Assembly (NCBI GenBank): GCA_026416665.1
Contig: JAOAET010000044.1
Location: forward strand, 2,491 to 66,490
Direction of reading: 5' to 3'
DNA: 64,000 nt
DNA from: Candidatus Omnitrophota bacterium
GTDB taxonomy: Bacteria > Omnitrophota > Gorgyraeia > Gygaellales > Profunditerraquicolaceae
In this document: piece by piece, positions 57,091 through 64,000 of the stretch
Position numbering within the stretch: the stretch's first letter is position 1
Layout of the letters: each line of letters begins with the position of its first letter
Made by a program: the position numbers and the translations under genes
Notes under the pieces: generated by a model
Told to the model about the DNA's origin: nothing
Database searches by the model: none
Seen by the model: only the letters and a program-made list of their open reading frames with translations

Positions 57091-57724
57091 GGCTTGTTAC
57101 CTTTCTGGTTATAGAATCTATTATCGTAGTCATCCCTCTCCGAACCATCATCACTCCAATTGCAGCTAACAAAATATACATTACTTTGGCAATGGCACGC
57201 ATACCTCCTTTCCCGAACAGACGATTGAAAAAATCTGTATGTGAAAGTGCAAACCAAACAATAATCATATTTACAACTAAAGCAATAAAGGTCACCAAAG
57301 TTCCGTAACGGTCAACCATAAGAAGTGTGGTAGTTAAAACCGCTGGACCAGTAATAAGAGGGGTACCTAAAGGAAACACCCCCAAATCCTTATCGTGAGA
57401 ATCAACCATCAATCCTTTTGTGTTTGCAGGAAGCAGAAGTCGCGCTGCGATAATAAATAAAAGAGCTCCACCCCCAATTTGAAAATCTGCGATACTAATC
57501 CCAATAAAACGTAGAAGCCATTTTCCTAAAAACATAAACCCAAAAGCTAAAAGGGTAGCAGTAGCCACTGAATCATTAATAATTTTACGGCGCTCTTTTT
57601 TCGTTAAACCTTCTTCAAAGGCCATAAAAATGGGGATATTACCAATTATATCTACTGCAACAAAGAGGGCAATAAATGCAAGAAAATAAGGTTCAAGAAT
57701 TTGTTTTAAAGATGTATTGAACAT
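57080..57724 (-). CDS. MarC-family membrane protein
   Basis: Six TM segments; GN.PIF, F.IGGG.LL, PLGTPLITGP. Confidence 0.9.
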   Translation of the reverse strand: MFNTSLKQILEPYFLAFIALFVAVDIIGNIPIFMAFEEGLTKKERRKIINDSVATATLLAFGFMFLGKWLLRFIGISIADFQIGGGALLFIIAARLLLPANTKGLMVDSHDKDLGVFPLGTPLITGPAVLTTTLLMVDRYGTLVTFIALVVNMIIVWFALSHTDFFNRLFGKGGMRAIAKVMYILLAAIGVMMVRRGMTTIIDSITRKVTSHGF

Positions 57725-57730
57725 AGGGCT

Positions 57731-57759
57731 ATTATACCTGTATACTTACTAAAAAACAA
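57731..57759 (-). promoter_or_regulatory. Probable leaderless promoter of the MarC-family gene
   Basis: TTGTTT-N17-TATAAT, then 6 nt to the ATG; no Shine-Dalgarno. Confidence 0.5.
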
Positions 57760-57774
57760 GAGAAAAGCTGACTT

Positions 57775-58515
57775 TTAATAATCAATTCTTAAGAGACAAA
57801 GACCTTTGGCTGGTGCAGTTGGTCCAGCCAAACAACGATTCCGTTTTTCAAGAATATGCTGTATCTGTCCGGGTAAAATCTTTCCCCTTCCTACCTCAAT
57901 AAGCGTACCGACAATAGAGCGAACCATAGTATAAAGAAAACCTGAACCCGTAATATCTATATAGATACGGCTGTCTTTTCTTTTTATATTTATCTTTTTA
58001 ATCTGCCTGTGCTTAGAACGCACATTTTTTTTATTATTGCTACAGAAGGAACTAAAATCATGTCTACCAATTAGAAAACGCGCAGCCTTTTTCATTTTCC
58101 TTATATCTAAAGGAAATGGATAAAAATATTCAAAGTTACGCATAAATACACAAGGATAATCACGGTTAAGAATTACATAGCGATAGGTCTTTTCTTTTAC
58201 TTGATAACGGCTGTGAAAATCTGCTGAAACCTGTTCTATCTTTGCTATTTTAATGTCATCGGGCAGTAAACTATTGATACCTAGTTTTAATTTTTTTAGG
58301 TCAATGCCAGAATTAGTCTTAAAGTGTGCTACCTGCATCAATGCATGAACCCCACTGTCGGTTCTGCCGGCAGCAATAAGTTTTACTTTGTGACGAAGAA
58401 TACGCCTTAGATTTTTCTCAATTATTGTCTGGATAGTATAAGAAGTGTTTTTCTGCGCTTGCCAACCATGATAGTTGGTTCCATCATACTGAATGGTCAG
58501 CTTAAGCGTGCGCAT
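57775..58515 (-). CDS. truA: tRNA pseudouridine(38-40) synthase
   Basis: YDGTNYHGWQ, AGRTDSGVHA, FLYTMVR, PTAPAKGL. Confidence 0.96.
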   Translation of the reverse strand: MRTLKLTIQYDGTNYHGWQAQKNTSYTIQTIIEKNLRRILRHKVKLIAAGRTDSGVHALMQVAHFKTNSGIDLKKLKLGINSLLPDDIKIAKIEQVSADFHSRYQVKEKTYRYVILNRDYPCVFMRNFEYFYPFPLDIRKMKKAARFLIGRHDFSSFCSNNKKNVRSKHRQIKKINIKRKDSRIYIDITGSGFLYTMVRSIVGTLIEVGRGKILPGQIQHILEKRNRCLAGPTAPAKGLCLLRIDY

Positions 58516-58542
58516 GAAGGATATTTAATAAAACAAATAAGT

Positions 58543-59568
58543 TTATTTAATAAGTTCCAAGGCAATCTGCACAGCGTTTGAGGCAGCGCCTTTTAAAAGA
58601 TTATCGGCAACTACCCATAACCATAAGCCATTCTTGACAAAAGGGTCCTTACGAATACGCCCAACAAAAACCTCTGTTTTTCCTTCTACATCTTTAGGCA
58701 TAGGATATAAAGCCTTTGCTGGGTCATCTACTACAATAACCCCTGGAGCATTTTTAAGTATTTTTCTTACCTTTTCAACAGAAATATATTCCTTCGTCTC
58801 AATATAGACTGCTTCAGAATGGCCAGTACGCACAGGAACGCGCACAGTGGTCGCAGAAATTTTTATTTTCGAGTCGCCAATTATTTTGTGTGTCTCTTTA
58901 ACCAGTTTCCATTCTTCAGAAGTATAGTCATCATCGGAAAAACTTCCGATATGCGGAAAGACATTATAAGCAAGCTGCTGGGGCATTGCACGATTAGGTA
59001 GGTCTACGTGAACATTTTGAAAGTTACTTTTGGCAATTATTTCTAACTCTTGACGTAGTTGTTCCACTGCTTGCTTTCCTGCACCAGAAGCGGCTTGAAA
59101 AGTTGTTACAATCACACGTTTAAGACCAACTGCTTTATATATAGGATATAAAGCAACCACCATCTGAATAGTGGAACAATTAGGGTTAGCAATTATCCCT
59201 TTATGTTTTTTGATTTGTTTGGCATTGACTTCAGGAACTACTAAAGGCACAGTCGGTTCCATTCTAAAATCAGCACCATTATCAATGACTACTGCACCTC
59301 GCTTTACTGCCTCAGGTGCGTATTGAACAGCTGCTCCTTTTTCTCCTTCTGTGCCAGCAAAAAGAGCAATATCTATACCATCAAATGCCTCACCAGAAAT
59401 AGCCCAGACATCGTATTTATATTCGTCTACTTCTATCTGACGACTAGAACGTGCTAAAACACATAATTTACCTATAGGAAAATTAAAACGTCTTAAACAA
59501 CGCAGCATCTCTATACCTACTGCTCCCACACCTACCACTGCTACATTATAAGCTGATTTCTTTTGCAT
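58543..59568 (-). CDS. asd: Aspartate-semialdehyde dehydrogenase
   Basis: PLVVPEVN, IANPNCST, QAASGAG, RVPV..GHS, DNLLKGAA.NAVQI. Confidence 0.96.
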   Translation of the reverse strand: MQKKSAYNVAVVGVGAVGIEMLRCLRRFNFPIGKLCVLARSSRQIEVDEYKYDVWAISGEAFDGIDIALFAGTEGEKGAAVQYAPEAVKRGAVVIDNGADFRMEPTVPLVVPEVNAKQIKKHKGIIANPNCSTIQMVVALYPIYKAVGLKRVIVTTFQAASGAGKQAVEQLRQELEIIAKSNFQNVHVDLPNRAMPQQLAYNVFPHIGSFSDDDYTSEEWKLVKETHKIIGDSKIKISATTVRVPVRTGHSEAVYIETKEYISVEKVRKILKNAPGVIVVDDPAKALYPMPKDVEGKTEVFVGRIRKDPFVKNGLWLWVVADNLLKGAASNAVQIALELIK

Positions 59569-59602
59569 AATCTGTTTCCTCCCTACTCTAATAATCGGAT
59601 AA

Positions 59603-60679
59603 TCAGAGATTATTTACTACTAAATCCCCTACCTCTTCAGTAGAATAGCCCATTTTCCCTGCAGCAAGCGACTTTAATTTTGTTCTACATACAGTAATCA
59701 CTGACTGCTCAATTGCTTGTGCAGCTTGTTTTTCACCGATATTTTCGAGCAACATCCCTAATGCACAAATAGCTGCTAAAGGATTAATTACATGTTGACC
59801 TGTGTACTTTGGTGCAGAACCGCCAATAGGCTCAAACATTGAAACACCTTGGGGATTAATATTACCACCTGCAGCAATACCCATACCGCCTTGAATCATT
59901 GCTCCTAAATCTGTGATAATGTCACCAAACATATTATCAGTAACAATCACATCAAACCACTCTGGGTTTTTTACAAACCACATAGTAGTAGCATCTACGT
60001 GGGCATAATCCGTAGTAATATCTGGATATTCCTTGGCCACTTCGTAGAATGTCCTTTCCCAAAGGTCCCACGCATAGGTTAAGACATTGGTCTTACCACA
60101 AAGAGTAAGCTTCTTCTTTTTATTACGTTTACGGCAAAATTCAAAGGCAAAACGAATACAACGTTCCACACCCTTTCTTGTGTTGTAAGAAATCTGTATT
60201 GCTATTTCATCTGGAGTGCCTTTGTTTTTAAACTCTCCCATTCCTTTATATAACCCCTCAGAATTTTCACGTACTACCACAAAATCAATATCCTGGGGTT
60301 TCTTGTCTTTTAAAGGACAAAATTCTTCGTTATACAAGCGAACAGGCCTCAGATTTATATATTGGTCAAGCGAAAACCGTAGTTTCAAAAGAATCCCAGT
60401 CTCAAGAATACCTGGTTTTACTTGTGGATGACCAATTGCACCCAGAAGGATTGCATCAAACTTTTTTAATTCTTCTATATCTTTATCTTCTAAAGTGTTA
60501 CCTGTTTTCAAATAGCGCTCTCCACCAAAATCAAATACTGTTTTAACATAGTCAAAACCAAATTTTTTTGAAGCGGCCTCTAAAACCTTTAGTGCCTGTT
60601 GCACTACCTCTGGACCGGTTCCATCGCCTGGGATAACTGCTATTTTATATTTCTTATTTTCTTTTTTTGGACTTAACAT
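59603..60679 (-). CDS. leuB: 3-isopropylmalate dehydrogenase
   Basis: [40 protein letters not shown]; adjacent to leuCD. Confidence 0.9.
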   Translation of the reverse strand: MLSPKKENKKYKIAVIPGDGTGPEVVQQALKVLEAASKKFGFDYVKTVFDFGGERYLKTGNTLEDKDIEELKKFDAILLGAIGHPQVKPGILETGILLKLRFSLDQYINLRPVRLYNEEFCPLKDKKPQDIDFVVVRENSEGLYKGMGEFKNKGTPDEIAIQISYNTRKGVERCIRFAFEFCRKRNKKKKLTLCGKTNVLTYAWDLWERTFYEVAKEYPDITTDYAHVDATTMWFVKNPEWFDVIVTDNMFGDIITDLGAMIQGGMGIAAGGNINPQGVSMFEPIGGSAPKYTGQHVINPLAAICALGMLLENIGEKQAAQAIEQSVITVCRTKLKSLAAGKMGYSTEEVGDLVVNNL

Positions 60680-61169
60680 AGTTCATCAAACCTCCGCGTT
60701 GAACAATCTCTTGTAAAAATAAAGGAAAAGGTTCAGTAGTATATACTTGATTCTTGGTAATATTCTTAATAGTTCCTTTTACCAGATCTATTTCCAGTTC
60801 ATCATCTTGACTGATAGCCGATACCTCTTTTAATTCCAAAAAAGGTAAACCGATGTTAATGGCGTTGCGATAAAAAATAGCAGCAAAACTGACTGCAATC
60901 ACTGCGGAAATACCACAACCTTTAATAGCTAAAGGAGCATGCTCGCGGGATGAACCGCATCCGAAATTTTTTCCTGCTACAATTATATCACCAACTTTTA
61001 CCTTCTTAGCAAAATCTGGCTGAATATTTTCCATACAGTGGCTACCTAACTCGTTAGGATCAGTAGAAACCAAATATTTAGCCGCAATAATGTCGTCGGT
61101 ATTAATGTTATCCCCAAAGATATGGGCTCTACCCTTTAAGATAAGTGAGGTGATTGTCTGATTTAACAT
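60654..61169 (-). CDS. leuD: 3-isopropylmalate dehydratase small subunit
   Basis: [28 protein letters not shown]. Confidence 0.93.
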   Translation of the reverse strand: MLNQTITSLILKGRAHIFGDNINTDDIIAAKYLVSTDPNELGSHCMENIQPDFAKKVKVGDIIVAGKNFGCGSSREHAPLAIKGCGISAVIAVSFAAIFYRNAINIGLPFLELKEVSAISQDDELEIDLVKGTIKNITKNQVYTTEPFPLFLQEIVQRGGLMNYVKSKKRK

Positions 61170-61177
61170 AAACTATC

Positions 61178-62464
61178 CTATTTTGTTAAAACTTCCGGGG
61201 AAATAATTACCCCTGCTACCGCTGAAGCTGCAGCTACCGCAGGACTTGCTAAATACACAAAAGACTTAGGCGAACCCATTCTACCAATAAAATTACGGTT
61301 AGTAGTGGCTAAAGCTGTTTCTCCCTCGGTCAAGATACCAATATGCCCACCCAAACAAGGACCACAAGTTGGTGTTGAAACTACTGCTCCGGCCTTAACA
61401 AATATTTCTATTAATTTCTCTTTTATTGCTTGACGGTATATTTGCTGGGTTGCAGGAATTATAATTAGACGTAATTTTGACTTTACTTTTTTCCCTTTTA
61501 GAATTTTAGCAGCTATTCTTAAATCAGAGATACGACCATTAGTACAAGAACCTATAACTACCTGGTCTAATTTTACCGAACCCAGTTCTGAAACAGGCTT
61601 AACATTACTGGGAAGATGTGGACAGGCAACCTGAGGTTCTAAATCGGATATATCCCATTCATAAACCTTAGCAAATTGTGCATCGCTGTCAGAACGTAAT
61701 TTTTTCCATTCTTCTTTATACTTAGACCACATACTCTTGTTTGTTGTCTTAACATAATCTAATGTAATCTGGTCTACCGCAATTATTCCTGCCCTAGCTC
61801 CTGCTTCAATAGCCATATTTGCCATTGTGAATCTTGAATCCATATCCAAATTATCAACTACAGATCCTGAAAACTCCATCACCGAATATAAAGCACCATC
61901 TACACCAATTTGCCCAATAGTAAACAAAATAATATCTTTACCAGAAATCCACTTATTTGGTCTGCCTTTATAGACAAAACGAATAGTAGACGGAACCTTA
62001 AACCAACACATCCCATCCACAAACGAACGAGCAAGATCTGTTGAACCTACACCAGTAGAATAACATCCCAATGCACCATAAGTGCATGTATGTGAATCGG
62101 CACCAATTACTAATAACCCCGGATAAACAATGCCCTGTTCAGGTAAAAGTGCATGCTCAATACCCATACAGCCCACTTCAAAATAATGAACAAGTTTTTG
62201 TTCTTTAGCAAAGTCTGCTAATATCTTTGCTTGATTAGCACTTTTTCTATCTTTAGCAGGAGTAAAGTGGTCAGGTACAAGAACAACTTTTTTGCGGTCA
62301 AAAACTCTTTTAAAACCTGCCTTTTTAAATTCCTCTATTGCTAAAGGAGCAGTAATATCATTTCCAAGGCACAAGTCAATTTTTGCCTCAATAAACTCTC
62401 CTGGCCGAACCTGTTTTTTTCCACAATGGCGTGCTAATATTTTTTCTGATAGCGTCTGTCCCAT
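61178..62464 (-). CDS. leuC: 3-isopropylmalate dehydratase large subunit
   Basis: DH, GADSHT, GSCTNGR, CGPCLG, TNRNF.GRMG. Confidence 0.93.
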   Translation of the reverse strand: MGQTLSEKILARHCGKKQVRPGEFIEAKIDLCLGNDITAPLAIEEFKKAGFKRVFDRKKVVLVPDHFTPAKDRKSANQAKILADFAKEQKLVHYFEVGCMGIEHALLPEQGIVYPGLLVIGADSHTCTYGALGCYSTGVGSTDLARSFVDGMCWFKVPSTIRFVYKGRPNKWISGKDIILFTIGQIGVDGALYSVMEFSGSVVDNLDMDSRFTMANMAIEAGARAGIIAVDQITLDYVKTTNKSMWSKYKEEWKKLRSDSDAQFAKVYEWDISDLEPQVACPHLPSNVKPVSELGSVKLDQVVIGSCTNGRISDLRIAAKILKGKKVKSKLRLIIIPATQQIYRQAIKEKLIEIFVKAGAVVSTPTCGPCLGGHIGILTEGETALATTNRNFIGRMGSPKSFVYLASPAVAAASAVAGVIISPEVLTK

Positions 62465-62533
62465 ATTAAGTTAATTATCATTTTAATTTGTTTTTTTGTT
62501 TAAGAAACAAAACCTGTTATGGGAGGAAGAAAT

Positions 62534-63775
62534 TTATTTAAATTTTTTGACTACTACCGTAGCATTATGCCCACCAAACCCCAAGGAATTGGAAGCGGCT
62601 GCATTTACTGTAACCTTTCTTGCCACATTAGGAACATAGTCAAGGTCACATTCTGGATCAGGATTATCATAATTAATTGTCGGTGGAACCACATCGTTTT
62701 TCACCGCAAGGCAAGTAGCTACAAATTCAATTCCTCCAGCTGCACCTAATAAATGGCCAGTCATAGATTTGGTTGAAGAAACCATTACTTTCTTGGCATA
62801 CTCTCCCAATGCACGTTTAATTGCCATTGTCTCTACAATATCATTTAATTTCGTGGAAGTACCGTGGGCATTAATGTAAGTTAGTTCTTCTGGATTCATC
62901 CGCGCATCACGCAAAGCCCACTGCATTGCCAAAGCAGCACCGTGTCCATCTGGGTCAGGAGCAGTAATATGGTAAGCATCACAAGAAGCACCGTATCCTA
63001 CTAATTCACAATAAATATTTGCCTTTCTTTTTTGGGCATGCTCTAGTGTCTCTAAAACCACAATACCACTTCCTTCGCCCATCACAAATCCATCACGGTC
63101 CCGTTCAAAAGGCCTTGATGCCTTTTCAGGTTCGTCGTTTCGCGTAGAAAGTGCCTTTAGGGCACAAAAACCACCGATTCCTAAGGCGGTAATACAACTT
63201 TCTGTTCCTCCGGCAATCATTACCTCTGCGTCACCTCGTTGCAGAATACGGAATGCATCTCCTATTGAATGTGTTGCTGAAGCACAAGCAGTAGTTACAC
63301 AAAGATTTGGACCATAAAAACGCCAACGGATAGCAATTTGGCCTGCTGCCTCATTGACAATTAAAGAAGGAATAAGAAAAGGAGTAAGTCGACTTGGTCC
63401 ACTTTTATAACATAAAAGTGTCTGCTCCTCCATAATTCGCAAAGACCCTATACCTGAGCCAACCACTACCCCTACTTTTTCTCTGTTTATTTTTTCCAGA
63501 TCTAATCCTGCATCGTTAATTGCCTCTAAAGTAGCAGCAATAGCAAAATGCACAAACCGCTCAGTGCGATGTAGGTCTTTTTTAGTAAAACCGTATTGTA
63601 GAGGGTCAAAATCTTTTACTTCTGCAGCTATTTTAGAATCAAAATTAGTAGGGTCAATTGCAGTCAGACGACCAACCCCACTTTTCCCTGCAATTAAATT
63701 TTTCCAAAAGCTGTCTACATCATTACCTAAAGGAGTAATTGCACCTAATCCTGTAACCACAACCCTATTTTCCAT
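62534..63775 (-). CDS. fabF: Beta-ketoacyl-ACP synthase II
   Basis: TTACAS, RDGFVMGEG, NAHGTST, GHLLG, GFGG.N. Confidence 0.97.
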   Translation of the reverse strand: MENRVVVTGLGAITPLGNDVDSFWKNLIAGKSGVGRLTAIDPTNFDSKIAAEVKDFDPLQYGFTKKDLHRTERFVHFAIAATLEAINDAGLDLEKINREKVGVVVGSGIGSLRIMEEQTLLCYKSGPSRLTPFLIPSLIVNEAAGQIAIRWRFYGPNLCVTTACASATHSIGDAFRILQRGDAEVMIAGGTESCITALGIGGFCALKALSTRNDEPEKASRPFERDRDGFVMGEGSGIVVLETLEHAQKRKANIYCELVGYGASCDAYHITAPDPDGHGAALAMQWALRDARMNPEELTYINAHGTSTKLNDIVETMAIKRALGEYAKKVMVSSTKSMTGHLLGAAGGIEFVATCLAVKNDVVPPTINYDNPDPECDLDYVPNVARKVTVNAAASNSLGFGGHNATVVVKKFK

Positions 63776-63798
63776 AGCAGATTTACCTAATTAAAAGT

Positions 63799-63826
63799 TA
63801 CCCCGCCACAAGCAAAGGGCGGGGTA
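63799..63826 (-). terminator. Hairpin between acpP and fabF
   Basis: TACCCCGCC...GGCGGGGTA, a 9-bp stem. Confidence 0.55.
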
Positions 63827-63853
63827 GGATAAACATTTTTATAAAAAACCTGC

Positions 63854-64000
63854 CTATTTGCTAGCAGTTTTTTCTTCAATATACTTAATTGCTTCGCCGA
63901 CAGTAGTAATTTTTTCGGCATCCTCATCGGGGATTTCAATTGAAAATTCTTCTTCAAACGCCATTACTAACTCCACGGTGTCCAAAGAGTCAGCCCCCAA
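63854..64000 (-). CDS. acpP: Acyl carrier protein, 5'-partial
   Basis: Hand translation [48 protein letters not shown]; not in the ORF track. Confidence 0.97.
   Translation of the reverse strand: MGADSLDTVELVMAFEEEFSIEIPDEDAEKITTVGEAIKYIEEKTASK

Overview
AT-rich bacterial chromosome segment with almost every gene on the minus strand; the only clear plus-strand gene is a GAF-GGDEF diguanylate cyclase. Gene content and a giant-protein N-terminal domain suggest Candidatus Omnitrophota (inference). The housekeeping backbone comprises an opp/dpp ABC transporter, secG-tpiA-pgk, rsmA-pdxA-surA-mfd, secDF-yajC-rpsP, trpE, his genes, alaS-recX-htrA-recA, smc, etfAB with an acyl-CoA dehydrogenase, glgC, truA, asd, leuBCD, fabF and acpP. 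Five things stand out. (1) A >1442-codon minus-strand ORF at 1-4326, absent from the ORF track because it runs off the window, encodes a signal peptide, a conserved N-terminal domain and a chain of sugar-phosphate enzyme domains, including a mannose-6-phosphate-isomerase-like domain whose Zn motifs are in swapped order. (2) A two-partner secretion locus has a 3777-aa exoprotein carrying a seven-blade RCC1/BLIP-II propeller, under a variant c-di-GMP-I riboswitch predicted to be an OFF switch. (3) The SMC has its hinge replaced by about 60 residues. (4) The Mfd is only 629 aa and lacks D1/D3 and the autoinhibitory D7 domain. (5) A PilZ gene sits inside the Etf/acyl-CoA dehydrogenase operon. No tRNA, rRNA, CRISPR or mobile element was seen. 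All domain calls are by eye, not from database searches.
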